Of a DNA stretch of 64,000 nucleotides, positions 1 through 9,867 are shown piece by piece. Numbering within the stretch: position 1 is the first letter of the stretch; each line of letters starts with the position of its first letter. Under the pieces are notes generated by a model that was not told the DNA's origin, ran no database searches, and saw only the letters and a program-made list of their open reading frames with translations. The position numbers and the translations under genes are program-made. The DNA comes from Myxococcota bacterium (lineage in GTDB: Bacteria; Myxococcota_A; UBA9160; UBA4427). The DNA lies in contig OZ252299.1 in NCBI GenBank assembly GCA_965250285.1, positions 4,864,001 to 4,928,000 on the forward strand, in the 5' to 3' direction.

Positions 1-5
1 GCGTA

Positions 6-695
6 TCAGCCAGTGGTCGTCGTCCACCCCCCGGCGAAGGGCACGACCTGACCGACGATGAAGTCGCTGCGCGGCGATGCGAGAAAGAGCGCGAGGTCGG
101 CCGACTCTTCGGGCTGCGCGAGGCGCCCGATCGGCACATTGCGCGCGAGGCTCTTCTGGAACCGGTCGGTCTCGACGAGCGACTCGGGGTAGTAGGCCTC
201 GTTGTGCACGTAGTTTTGGGCGACGGCGTTCACCTGGACGTTCTCGCGTGCGAGCTCGAGGCCGGCGGCGCGCACGAACGCGTTCTGAGCACCGCGGGCC
301 GCGCAGTACGCCGACGTGACCGGGATCCCGCGAAGCGGCGCGGCGCTCGTGATCGCAACGACCTTGCCTGCGCCCCGCGCGACCATGCCCGGTGTGAAAG
401 CGCGAACGATCTGCATGAGCGGGCGCACCATCGTGTCGAAGAGCTCGTCCCACTCGGCGTCCTCGATCTCGGCGACGACATGCGGGCTCGGCCCCGCCGC
501 GAGATTCGCGATCACGACATCGGGCTCGGGACATGCCTCGACGAGCGCATCGATCGCGGACGCCTCGGCGAGTCGACCGGGCACCGCCGTCACGTCGGCA
601 CCCTCCTCGCGAAAGCGCGCCGCGATGGGCGGCCCCATGTAGTCGTCGCACTGCGTCACGAGCACTCTTCGTCCTTCGAACTCTCCGGCGGCCAT
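6..695 (-). CDS. Halohydrin dehalogenase (HHDH)-type SDR-fold enzyme
   Basis: TQCDDYMG matches T-X4-(F/Y)-X-G in place of the SDR TGxxxGxG. S-AAPLRGIPVTSA-Y-CAA-R matches the S-X12-Y-X3-R triad. GAGG RBS upstream. Confidence 0.85.
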   Translation of the reverse strand: MAAGEFEGRRVLVTQCDDYMGPPIAARFREEGADVTAVPGRLAEASAIDALVEACPEPDVVIANLAAGPSPHVVAEIEDAEWDELFDTMVRPLMQIVRAFTPGMVARGAGKVVAITSAAPLRGIPVTSAYCAARGAQNAFVRAAGLELARENVQVNAVAQNYVHNEAYYPESLVETDRFQKSLARNVPIGRLAQPEESADLALFLASPRSDFIVGQVVPFAGGWTTTTG

Positions 696-739
696 GTCGT
701 GTCCTCGTAGGGGTTCGGCGTGCGATCCGTGTGCGCTCT

Positions 740-1951
740 TCAGCGCTCGACCCAGCTGCCGAGTCGCGGCGCCACGCGCAAGGCATCGGGCACGGCGTCA
801 CCGATGCGGCGATCGACCTCTTCGTGCAGCCAGTAGAGCCGACGCTCCTGGTACGAGAGCGGGACCGCCGTGCAGCCGGGCGACTCCATCGAGCGCTGGA
901 TCCAATCGAGGTTCGCGGTGTCCTCGCCGAGCACCGTGTCGAAGATGCCGATGAAGCCCTTCCAGTGATCGGGCGTCTCGCCTTCGCCCCAGTCGGCCAC
1001 GATCCAGGTGACGTCGAAGCGGGTCGTCCGCACGTCGATCGGCCAGAACTGCAGCAACGGAAAGCCACCCACGTCGGTGGGCACCACCAGGTTCGGAAAC
1101 ACCGTGTACGAGAGGTTCGTGATCTGCGCGATCTCGCTCGCGCTCGCGATGCGCGGCAGACCGGCCGCGGCGAGACCCGCATCGTTCGTCGGGTCACGCT
1201 TGGCCGACGCCATGCGCGAGTGCCCACCCGGCAGCAGCCCGATCGTCGTGCGCTCGTGGTCGAGCAGCTGATTCACGGTGTATGGGTGGATCATCTTCAG
1301 GTGATACACCTCGAGGTTCGCCTCGATCGCGGCCTTCCAGTTGCAGTCGAGCACGAAGTGGTGACGATCGATCACCCTCAGGCGCTCGGTCTCGAACTGG
1401 GCGAGCTCGTCGGTGAGCACGCCGAGCGTGCCGTGCAGCGGCGGCGCCTCGGGATCGAGGTTCACGAAGACGAGGCCCGCCCAGGTCTCACAGCGCACGG
1501 GCGTCAGCGCCAGGCTCTCGAGATCGAGTGCACCGAAGTCGCGTCGATCGGGGACTCCGACGAGCCGGCCATCGTGCTCGTACGTCCAGCCGTGGTACTT
1601 GCAGACGAGGCGCTGCGCGCACTCGCTCGCTTCGCGGACGACGGGAGCCCCGCGGTGCCGGCAGGCGTTGTAGAACGCGCGCACCTCGCCGTCGCGCCCG
1701 TGCACGACGATGATCGGCGGGCCCAGTGCGTCGAACCGCACCGCCGTGCCCGGTGCGCGCAGCTCGTCGACGTGTGCCGCGACGATCCAGCTGCGGTTCC
1801 AGATCTGCTCGCGTTCGAGCTCGAAGAAGGTCGGGTCGGTGTATCGCTCGGCCGCGATCGGCGCGAGCGCCGGGAAGCCGTCGGGCGGCGCCGACCGATC
1901 GGCCTCGAAGGCCATCTCGCGCTTCAGTCGCTCGATCCAGTCCGCGTCCAT
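740..1951 (-). CDS. Rieske non-heme iron (ring-hydroxylating-type) oxygenase alpha subunit
   Basis: Rieske motif CRH...CKYHGW; mononuclear Fe ligands EVYHLKMIH...ED. Start moved to ATG 1951, which has a GGGAGG RBS. Confidence 0.9.
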   Translation of the reverse strand: MDADWIERLKREMAFEADRSAPPDGFPALAPIAAERYTDPTFFELEREQIWNRSWIVAAHVDELRAPGTAVRFDALGPPIIVVHGRDGEVRAFYNACRHRGAPVVREASECAQRLVCKYHGWTYEHDGRLVGVPDRRDFGALDLESLALTPVRCETWAGLVFVNLDPEAPPLHGTLGVLTDELAQFETERLRVIDRHHFVLDCNWKAAIEANLEVYHLKMIHPYTVNQLLDHERTTIGLLPGGHSRMASAKRDPTNDAGLAAAGLPRIASASEIAQITNLSYTVFPNLVVPTDVGGFPLLQFWPIDVRTTRFDVTWIVADWGEGETPDHWKGFIGIFDTVLGEDTANLDWIQRSMESPGCTAVPLSYQERRLYWLHEEVDRRIGDAVPDALRVAPRLGSWVER

Positions 1952-1965
1952 GGCGCGCCTCCCGA

Positions 1966-2802
1966 TCAGACCGCCGGCGACACACCGCGCGCTTCGGCGA
2001 TCACCTTGCGAGTGGCGTCGATCGCGCGCTTTGCAGCGTCGGCGGGCGACAGGGTTTCGAGCTCTTCGCTGAACAGCTCGACGCCGAGCGGCGCACGACA
2101 CCCGCCGGCGTCGAGCAGCCGGATCAACCCGGCGACGTCGGCGTCGCCCTCGCCGGGCATCAACCGGCGATGCAGCGTCTCGTCGATGAGGTTCGGCTCG
2201 GCTTCGGCCGGACAGTCGTCGAGCTGCACGGCCAGCACCCGGTGGGCCTCGCGAGCCAGCGTGTCGCGGCTGCTGCCGCTGCGCACGAAGTGCCAGACGT
2301 CGAACATGATGCCGGCGTTCTCGCGCTCGGCCGCGTCGACGATCTCGAGCGCGGTGTCGAGATCACGGATCGCCGAGAACGGCATGAACTCGAGGTGCAC
2401 CTGCAGCCCCGCATCGGCGGCCCGGTCGCAGAGCACACGGAAGGGCTCGACGAGATCGCCTGGCTGAACCCCCGGCGCGAAGCACGTCGCGTTGATCGAT
2501 CGTGCGCGCACGCGCTCCGCGGCATCGAGAAAGTCATCCGTGCTCCAACGCTCGAAGCCCGGTCCCCCCGGCTCGACACCCGGCACCCAGGTCAGATGCG
2601 GATCGAGATCGCCGACCGCGAGCCCGAGCCCGTCGAGCCGGGCGCGCAGCTCTTCGTCGTCGACCGCCAGGCCATCGAGATCGTCGAGAAACAGGGTGAG
2701 GCCGGTGTAGCCCGCCGCGGCCGCGATCTCGATGCGTTCGAGCAGCGGCACCTTCGCGAGGGTCGCGGCACAGAGCAGCACGTCGTCGGGGCCGAGGGGC
2801 AT
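1966..2802 (-). CDS. Sugar-phosphate isomerase/epimerase (xylose isomerase-like TIM barrel)
   Basis: Motifs LEFMP, DVWH, VQLDD, R.MPGEG, GVELFS. Start set at MPLGPDD. Confidence 0.8.
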   Translation of the reverse strand: MPLGPDDVLLCAATLAKVPLLERIEIAAAAGYTGLTLFLDDLDGLAVDDEELRARLDGLGLAVGDLDPHLTWVPGVEPGGPGFERWSTDDFLDAAERVRARSINATCFAPGVQPGDLVEPFRVLCDRAADAGLQVHLEFMPFSAIRDLDTALEIVDAAERENAGIMFDVWHFVRSGSSRDTLAREAHRVLAVQLDDCPAEAEPNLIDETLHRRLMPGEGDADVAGLIRLLDAGGCRAPLGVELFSEELETLSPADAAKRAIDATRKVIAEARGVSPAV

Positions 2803-2842
2803 GCGCGGTGGCTCTCCGAGGTGAGGGGCGACGCCGATCCGG

Positions 2843-3598
2843 CTACAGGTTGCCCTTGTGCTGAACGCCGTCGACCGGGAGGTTCGCGCCCGCGATCCAG
2901 CTCGCACGTTCACTCGCGAGAAAGACCACGGCGTTCGCCACCTCGAAGTCGGTGCCGAGCCGGCCGAAGGGGATCGAGGCCAGGATCGTGTCGTACTGCT
3001 CGCGGGCCACGTTCTTGATCGTCTCCCACATGCCGCCTTCGAACTCGATCGAGCCCGGTGACACGCAGTTCACGCGAATGCCCTTCGGCGCCAGCGTCTC
3101 GGCGAGTGTCTTCGAGTGGCTGATGAGCGCCGCCTTCATTGCCGCGTACGATGGAGGCGAGCCCGCCTCGAGCCCCGAGGTCGAAGCGATGTGAATGACC
3201 GAGCCGCCGCCGCCCGCTTCGAGCCACGGCACCACCTTTCGGGTGGCCCGCACCGTAGCCAGAACGTCGACGTCGAAGGCCGTCTGCCAGCCGGCGTCGT
3301 CGTCGCTGACGCCGAACCCGCTCGCGTTGTTCACGAGCACGTCGACGCCGCCGAGCGCCGCGTGCGCGGCTTCGAGGAAGTCATCGAGCGAAGCCGAATC
3401 GCGCACGTCACACGCCTGGGCGTGCACCTTCACGCCCTTCGCCTGCAGCTCCTCGGCCGTCTTTGCGAGTGTCTCCTCGGTCCTCGCGCAGATCGCGAGG
3501 TTCGCGCCCTCCTCGGCGAACGTCAGCGCGATGGCGCGACCGATCCCCTTGCTGGCGCCCGTGACGACCACGTTCTTTCCGCTCAGTCCCAGATCCAT
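2843..3598 (-). CDS. SDR family NAD(P)-dependent oxidoreductase
   Basis: TGASKGIG, NNAS, YAAMK; GAGGAG RBS. Confidence 0.9.
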   Translation of the reverse strand: MDLGLSGKNVVVTGASKGIGRAIALTFAEEGANLAICARTEETLAKTAEELQAKGVKVHAQACDVRDSASLDDFLEAAHAALGGVDVLVNNASGFGVSDDDAGWQTAFDVDVLATVRATRKVVPWLEAGGGGSVIHIASTSGLEAGSPPSYAAMKAALISHSKTLAETLAPKGIRVNCVSPGSIEFEGGMWETIKNVAREQYDTILASIPFGRLGTDFEVANAVVFLASERASWIAGANLPVDGVQHKGNL

Positions 3599-3607
3599 GT
3601 CTTCTCC

Positions 3608-4060
3608 TCAGGCCGCCGACTCGACCGTGATCTCGGTCTTGACCGAGTTCGCGATGAAGCACTGCTCGTGTGCCTTGTGGTGCAGCTTCTCGATCGCCTC
3701 CGCATCTGGGCGCTTCTCACCGCCCCACTCGATGCGCGGCCGCAAGACGACGCGCGTCACCGCCAGCCGTCCCTCTTCGTTCTTTTCCATCGTGCCCACC
3801 GCATCGTCGACGTACGACTCGACGACGTAACGCCGCCGCGCGGCCAGCGCGAGAAACGTCAACATGTGACAGCTCGACAGCGAGGCGACGAGGGCCTCTT
3901 CGGGATCGACCCGGTCGGCGTTGCCCAGAAAGTCGGGGGCCGCGCTCGCATCGACCGCCGAGCCACCGGGGAAGTGCCACGCGTGATCGCGCGAGTACGT
4001 GTCGTAGGTGTAGTCGCGATCGCCGCGCGACCATTCGACCTTGCAGTGATGTTCCGACAT
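3608..4060 (-). CDS. OsmC/Ohr family protein
   Basis: DPEEALVASLSSCHMLTF and CFIANSV, the two conserved Cys. Confidence 0.88.
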   Translation of the reverse strand: MSEHHCKVEWSRGDRDYTYDTYSRDHAWHFPGGSAVDASAAPDFLGNADRVDPEEALVASLSSCHMLTFLALAARRRYVVESYVDDAVGTMEKNEEGRLAVTRVVLRPRIEWGGEKRPDAEAIEKLHHKAHEQCFIANSVKTEITVESAA

Positions 4061-4167
4061 GGTCCCTCCGCATCCACGCGGCCCAGCGTCGGGCCCGGCG
4101 GACGAACGGAGAGCCTAGCCCGAACCGAGGCGCGGGATCGGGGGCGCACGCAGCGGTGTGGAATCGC

Positions 4168-4899
4168 TCAGGCGGGGGTCGGATCGCGCAGCCAAACGAG
4201 GGGCTGCCGTGCAACGAACGCGAGATAGAGACAGACCGAAGCCGACACGCCGGCGAACGCGTCGACCAGCAGCAGCGCGGGCGAATCGAACATCGAGACG
4301 CCGAGCAGCTTCGCCGTCGCGTCGACCCCGCAGACGACGCCGGCCGATCCGATCCCGATCCCCCACAGCAGCAGCCGGTCGCTCGCCACGGCGTCGCCCA
4401 GGCCGAGGGCCAGGCGGCGGCGCACCAGCCCCTGGTGCTGAATCGACTTGACCGCAGCGAACGCCAGCGCGAAGGCGCGCATGAAGTCGGCGACGCGGGT
4501 GGGCCAGCCGGCCGGTCCGACCGCCTGGAAGCCGGTCACCGGGATCTCGGCGAGCCAGAGCAGCGCCATCCAGATCGCGAAGCCCCTCGAGAGCCAAGCC
4601 ATGCGGCGATCGAGCGCATGGAACACGCCGCACGTGAACGCGAAGATGAGCGCGGTACCGAGGTTGAGGCTGGCGGCAGCGATCGCCCAGACGGCGCGCC
4701 CGAGACCCGGGTGGATGCCGGCCGCGGGCTCGCACAGACCCGTGAGTGTGAAGCCGACCGGACCGATCGCCAGCAGAGCGATCCCCGCCTGAAGCTCGGG
4801 TCGCTCGCGCGTGCGTCGCCAGACCGCCAGCAGGCGGATGCCCACCGTTCCGGTCGAGAGGCACATCAAGCCGATCGCGATCCAGGCCATCCAGCTCAT
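4168..4899 (-). CDS. Uncharacterised multi-pass membrane protein
   Basis: About 7 hydrophobic segments from MSWMAWIAIG. The GxRLL..WRRTR..PEL motif is shared with the gene at 63594. Confidence 0.7.
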   Translation of the reverse strand: MSWMAWIAIGLMCLSTGTVGIRLLAVWRRTRERPELQAGIALLAIGPVGFTLTGLCEPAAGIHPGLGRAVWAIAAASLNLGTALIFAFTCGVFHALDRRMAWLSRGFAIWMALLWLAEIPVTGFQAVGPAGWPTRVADFMRAFALAFAAVKSIQHQGLVRRRLALGLGDAVASDRLLLWGIGIGSAGVVCGVDATAKLLGVSMFDSPALLLVDAFAGVSASVCLYLAFVARQPLVWLRDPTPA

Positions 4900-5120
4900 A
4901 CCCGTGTTACATCGGCGAGCCGACTGCCAAAATGAGCGTCGGCATCGATGAATCGCGTGAGAGCAGAAGATCGAACGCGCCTCGGGCTCGGAGCGCACCT
5001 CGACGGCTCCGGGCCCCAAGGCGACGACCCCGAGCCGCCACTCGACGACCCCGGGCCGCACCTCGAATGCGCCGGGCCGCGTCTCGACGCGATCGCGGCG
5101 CCCGGCCGCCGCCCCGCCCC

Positions 5121-6065
5121 TCAGAGCCGCACGGTCACCTTGCCGACCGCGCGCCCGGTCATCGAGCGGCGAAAGGCGTCGGGCAGCGCTTGGAGCCCCT
5201 CGAAGACCCGGTCGATGACGATCTCGAGCTCGCCCGCTTCGACCCGCCCGCAGAGCAGCGACAGGTCGTCGCCGCTCGGCTGGAGCATGGTCAGCACGGC
5301 CCGCCGGCTGGAGATCAGCGGCCAGAGCACGAGCGCGCCGAGCTGGCGCAGCTCGGGCGCCACGAGCGAGACGCGTCCTTCGCTCGCAGCCAGCGTGTGC
5401 AGCGCGCCGGCGCCGAGGGCGCCGACGCAGTCGACCACGCTGTCGAACTCGCCCCAATCCGCCGGATCGACCCGGGCGGTGTAGTCGATCACCTCGTGCG
5501 CACCGAGCCGCTCGGCGAGCGCTGCGTTGCGAGCGCTGCAGATCCCGGTCACCCGCGCGCCGGCGTGCCGCGCGAGCTGCACCGCGAAGTGACCCACGCC
5601 CCCCGACGCACCGATCACGCAGACGCGGCGATCCAGCTCGAGGGCCTGCACGTCGCGCAGCGCCTGCAGCGCCGTCTGGCCCGCGAGCGGCAGCGCCGCG
5701 GCGACCTCGGGCACGAGCCCGGCCGGTGCGCGCGCACTCATCGCGGCCGGCACCGCGATCCGCTCGGCGGCCGCGCCGCCCTTCAGACCCGGCTGCCGAC
5801 ACACCACGCGCTCACCGACCGCAAAGCCCGTGACCCCTGCGCCCAGCGACTCGACGACGCCGCACACGTCGAAGCACGGAATCGCGGGAAACCCCGGTCG
5901 CAGGATCAGCCGGTGGCGGCCGGTCATCATCTTCCAGTCGACGGGATTCACCGAGAACGCCTCGACGCGCAGCCCGAGCTCGCCGGCCGCCGGCTCGGGG
6001 TCGGGCCGCTCGACGACCTCAGCGGTCTCGGGGGCCCCGAATCGGTGGTAGACGACGGCGCGCAT
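5121..6065 (-). CDS. NAD(P)-dependent MDR/quinone oxidoreductase-like protein
   Basis: MRAVVYHRFG start, SVNPVDWK, GASGGVG, C-terminal GKVTV. Confidence 0.85.
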   Translation of the reverse strand: MRAVVYHRFGAPETAEVVERPDPEPAAGELGLRVEAFSVNPVDWKMMTGRHRLILRPGFPAIPCFDVCGVVESLGAGVTGFAVGERVVCRQPGLKGGAAAERIAVPAAMSARAPAGLVPEVAAALPLAGQTALQALRDVQALELDRRVCVIGASGGVGHFAVQLARHAGARVTGICSARNAALAERLGAHEVIDYTARVDPADWGEFDSVVDCVGALGAGALHTLAASEGRVSLVAPELRQLGALVLWPLISSRRAVLTMLQPSGDDLSLLCGRVEAGELEIVIDRVFEGLQALPDAFRRSMTGRAVGKVTVRL

Positions 6066-6106
6066 GGCGTGCGGGCTCCTCGGTCTCGGATGCCGTCGTG
6101 GCGGGG

Positions 6107-6589
6107 CTAGGGCGCGACTTCCCAGGTCGACGTGCCCGGTGCGACCACGCCTTGCTGCATCAGCTCGTCGCGCAGCTTCTCGACCCGGCGGCGATTCACC
6201 CCGAGATCCGAGCGCCCCTTGCGCGAGGCCGAGCGCACGTCGATGCGTGCCTCGTGCGGGTGCAGCCGAAACTCGACGTCGTCGACGAAGCGAAACAGAA
6301 AGCTCGTCGCTTCGGCGTGAATCGCCGTGTTGTCGGCCTGCACCACCTTCGTGCGCGGCGAGTTCTCGAGCACGCTGATCAGCACGGTCCACGCGACCTC
6401 GGGCGCACCGACGATCACGAAGGGCTCGATGTACGCCGGGCTGGTCTCGGGGGCCAGGCTCGACACGCAGTTGGGCGTATCGGGGCAGGGGGCCAGCGCC
6501 GCGACGCCGACGTCGGCCGGTTGCTTGCCACCGCAGCCCACCGCGAGACCGGCCGCGAACAGGAACACACAGAGAAGTCGAAGGCTCAC
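6107..6589 (-). CDS. DUF1499-type protein (probable lipoprotein)
   Basis: APCPDTPNCVSS, FVDDVEF, RSASR.G.SDLGVNR.R; lipobox-like LAVGC. GTG start is uncertain. Confidence 0.75.
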   Translation of the reverse strand: MSLRLLCVFLFAAGLAVGCGGKQPADVGVAALAPCPDTPNCVSSLAPETSPAYIEPFVIVGAPEVAWTVLISVLENSPRTKVVQADNTAIHAEATSFLFRFVDDVEFRLHPHEARIDVRSASRKGRSDLGVNRRRVEKLRDELMQQGVVAPGTSTWEVAP

Positions 6590-6909
6590 AGGCGAGACGG
6601 TAGCCGGCCTTTCGGGCGCAGCCCGCAGCCTGCACCCGATGCAGCGTCGACGCTGCGCTGGCGGGTCTCGGCCCCAGGCAGAAGAGGCTCGCGGCGGGCT
6701 GCATCGCGTCTCGTTCGGGCGGGCGGGCAGGCGCATTCGGCACGACACTTGAAGTGACGAGAACGGAGTGGCAAACGCGACGCGTCGGGCGTCGAACGGC
6801 GTGAGCCCAAACGCCTCGGTGTGCACCGCTGGGAGCCCATCGAGGACGCATCCGACGAAGCCGAGCCAAACCCGCGGGTTCGCGCCCCCCGCATCACCGG
6901 GAGACCTCG

Positions 6910-8202
6910 ATGACACTCCGCACCGCCTGGCACGACACCCTCTTCACGGCGCGCACACTGGCCACGGCCGGGCTCGAACAGCTGACGAGCGGCGTCGTGT
7001 TCAATCCCACCGATCCCGGTCTTCGCGCCGACCCGTATCCCTTCTACCAGCGACTGCGCGAGCAGGATCCGATGCACCGCAGCTGGGCGGCGGGCGGCTG
7101 GGTCTTGTCGCGATACGAGGACATTCGCGGCGTACTCGCCGACAAGAGCTTCTCGGCAGACGAGCGCAACTGGTCGCTCTACAAGATGTTCCGCGCGCGA
7201 TCGGAGGCCCATGGCCTGCGCGACCCCTACGAAGACGACACGATGACGATGCTGCGGCTCGATCCGCCCGACCACACGCGGCTTCGCCGCCTCGTGTCGA
7301 AGGCGTTCACGCCGCGCTCGGTCGAGGCGCTGCGCGGGCGCGCCGAGGAGATCCTCGACGAGCTGCTCGACGGACGCGGCCGCGCGGGTCGACTCGAACT
7401 GGTGAGCGATCTGGCCGCGCCCTTCCCGATCATCATGATCGCCGAGATGCTCGGCGTGCCGGCCGAGGACCGCGATCGCTTTCGCTTCTGGTCGGACGAA
7501 GCGGTCAAGACCCTGGGCGACAACGCGTTCGAAGACGTCCGCGAAGGCCGCGCCGCGATGGACGAGTTCGGCGACTACATCGAGGCCGTCGCCGAGCAGC
7601 GCCGGGCCGAACCGCGCGACGACCTGCTCTCGGGTCTCGTCGCCGCCGAAGAAGAGGGCGACCGACTCTCGATGTCCGAGCTGCGGGCGACGTGTGTGCT
7701 GCTCATGGTCGCGGGCAACGAGACGACGACGAGCCTGATCGGCAACTCGGTGCTCGCGCTGCTCGCGCATCCCGAGCAGGCGGCGCTGCTGCGCGAAGAG
7801 CCGAAGCGCATCGCAGGCGCCGTCGACGAGCTGCTTCGCTATGACAGCCCAGTGCAGTTCACGTCGCGCATCGCGACACGCGATACCGAGCTGCACGGCG
7901 CCCGGGTTCGGGCCGGGCAGCAGCTGGTGCTGCTGCTCGGTAGCGCCAACCGCGATCCGGCCGCGTTCGAGCGACCCGACTCGCTCGACGTCACCCGCGA
8001 CGCGGGCAACCATCTCTCGTTCAGCTTCGGGCTGCACCGCTGCCTCGGTGCCCAGCTCGCGAAGCTCGAGGGCGAGCTGGCCCTCGAGGCGCTGCTGTCG
8101 CGGTTCCCCGAGCTGCGGCTCGCCGACACGGCCGAGCGCGCCGTCGAGTGGGGAACCAATACGATCCTGCGTGGCCCGAAGCGGCTCGACCTGCTCTACT
8201 GA
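6910..8202 (+). CDS. Cytochrome P450
   Basis: DPPDHTRLR, AGNETT (I-helix), ELLR (ExxR), FSFGLHRCLG heme Cys; GGAG RBS. Confidence 0.95.
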   Translation: MTLRTAWHDTLFTARTLATAGLEQLTSGVVFNPTDPGLRADPYPFYQRLREQDPMHRSWAAGGWVLSRYEDIRGVLADKSFSADERNWSLYKMFRARSEAHGLRDPYEDDTMTMLRLDPPDHTRLRRLVSKAFTPRSVEALRGRAEEILDELLDGRGRAGRLELVSDLAAPFPIIMIAEMLGVPAEDRDRFRFWSDEAVKTLGDNAFEDVREGRAAMDEFGDYIEAVAEQRRAEPRDDLLSGLVAAEEEGDRLSMSELRATCVLLMVAGNETTTSLIGNSVLALLAHPEQAALLREEPKRIAGAVDELLRYDSPVQFTSRIATRDTELHGARVRAGQQLVLLLGSANRDPAAFERPDSLDVTRDAGNHLSFSFGLHRCLGAQLAKLEGELALEALLSRFPELRLADTAERAVEWGTNTILRGPKRLDLLY

Positions 8203-8345
8203 GTCGGGCTTGACCGAGTCGGGACGACCCTGCCGATGAGCCGGTCGGCCTCGTGACTTCGGGTCGGCCGCCGACCGTCTACGCTTGGCCGACCCGTCCC
8301 TCGGCGAAGAGGCGAGCAGAAGCACCCCGCCTCGAGGAGAAACCC

Positions 8346-9788
8346 ATGCCTGCGCCCCCCGCCGCAGCCAGCCTCGCCGAGGCGACGCGCGACGCCCCGC
8401 ATGCCGGGATGACGGCGACGACGAGCGAAGCCCTTCCGTTCTCGACGCTGTTCATCTACTCGGCGCCGGCGCTCGGCCAGTCGTTCATGTTCATCTTCGC
8501 GGGGATGTACCTGCTCAAGTACTCGACCGACGTCCTCGGCGTGGCCCCTGCGGCGATGGGCATGATCTTCATGGTCTCGAAGTTCTGGGACGCGTTCTCC
8601 GACCCGCTGGCCGGCTATCTGTCCGACCGCACGCGATCGCGGTGGGGGCGCAGACGCCCGTGGATGTTCGCCGGCGCCTTGCCGGTCTGCGTCGTCTTCT
8701 TTCTCATGCTCACGCCGCCGGCGTCGCTCTCGAGCGGCGCCCTCACGGCCTGGATGGCCGTCTGCGTCGTCGGCTTCTACACGGCGATGACCGTCTTCAA
8801 CATGCCGCACGATGCCCTCGGCGCAGAGCTCTCGAGCGACTACACCGAGCGCAACCGCATCTTCGGTGTCCGGCGCGCCGTACAGGGCCTCGGCATGATC
8901 GGCATGTTCGCGGCCATCGGCTTTCTCGCCGAGAGCGAGACACCGCGCAGCTTCGCGTTCGCACTCGCGGCCACCGTCTCGATCGGCACGCTCGCCTTGA
9001 TGCTCGTCCCCGTGTTCCTGCTGCGCGAGCGGCCCGAGTTTCAGGGGCGGGGCGCGAACGTGGCCTGGGAGGCGGTGGCCGACGTCTTTCGTAATCCGCA
9101 CGCGCGGCTGCTCATGGGCGTGTACCTGCTTCAGCAGATCGGGATCGGGGGCCTCAGCCTGATCGTCGCCTACTGGGCCGACTACGTGCTCGGCGACGCC
9201 GCTTTTCTCTCGACGCTGATGGTGTCGCTCTTTGCGGCTTCGGTGGTCGGCATTCCGTTCTGGATCCGCCTCGGGCGTCACTACGAGAAACGGACGCTCG
9301 TGCTGATCAGCATGGTGATCGTCGGCGCGGCGCTCGCGAGCATCGGCCTCGTGCCCGAAGGCGGCTTCGCGATCACGATCGTCGTCGCGATCATCGCGGG
9401 GCTCGCGATCTCGTGCCTCGACGTGATCCTGCCGAGCATCCAGGCCGACGTCATCGACTTCGACGAGTTCCGCACGGGTGAACGCAAGGAGGGCGTCTAC
9501 TTCGCCGTCTGGCACCTCGCACAGAAGGTCGCGTCGGGTCTGGCCGCGGGCGGCGTGGGCTTCGTGCTGTCGGGCGTCGGCTTCGAGCCGAACGCCGAGC
9601 AGACGCCCGAAACCACCCAGGCGATCCGGATCGTGATGAGCGCGTTCCCGCTGACCGTGTATGGAGCCGGCACCCTGCTCTTCTGGTTCTTCCGCATGTC
9701 GAAGCAGGAACACGCCGACGTGCTCGCAGCACTCGACGCGCGTCGAGCCGCCGACCACGAGCTGGCGAAACGCACCGGGCGCGCGTGA
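8346..9788 (+). CDS. MFS transporter, glycoside-pentoside-hexuronide (MelB-like) family
   Basis: DAFSDPLAGYLSDRTRSRWGRRRPW, ADVIDFDE..TGERKEG, about 12 TM segments. ATG 8346 follows GAGGAG. Confidence 0.9.
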   Translation: MPAPPAAASLAEATRDAPHAGMTATTSEALPFSTLFIYSAPALGQSFMFIFAGMYLLKYSTDVLGVAPAAMGMIFMVSKFWDAFSDPLAGYLSDRTRSRWGRRRPWMFAGALPVCVVFFLMLTPPASLSSGALTAWMAVCVVGFYTAMTVFNMPHDALGAELSSDYTERNRIFGVRRAVQGLGMIGMFAAIGFLAESETPRSFAFALAATVSIGTLALMLVPVFLLRERPEFQGRGANVAWEAVADVFRNPHARLLMGVYLLQQIGIGGLSLIVAYWADYVLGDAAFLSTLMVSLFAASVVGIPFWIRLGRHYEKRTLVLISMVIVGAALASIGLVPEGGFAITIVVAIIAGLAISCLDVILPSIQADVIDFDEFRTGERKEGVYFAVWHLAQKVASGLAAGGVGFVLSGVGFEPNAEQTPETTQAIRIVMSAFPLTVYGAGTLLFWFFRMSKQEHADVLAALDARRAADHELAKRTGRA

Positions 9789-9867
9789 GTGACCGTCGCG
9801 CGGCACTCGACTCGAGCGAGGCCGCCTGGCACGCGCCGGCAAACCGCACCGGGCGCGCCTGACCGCG

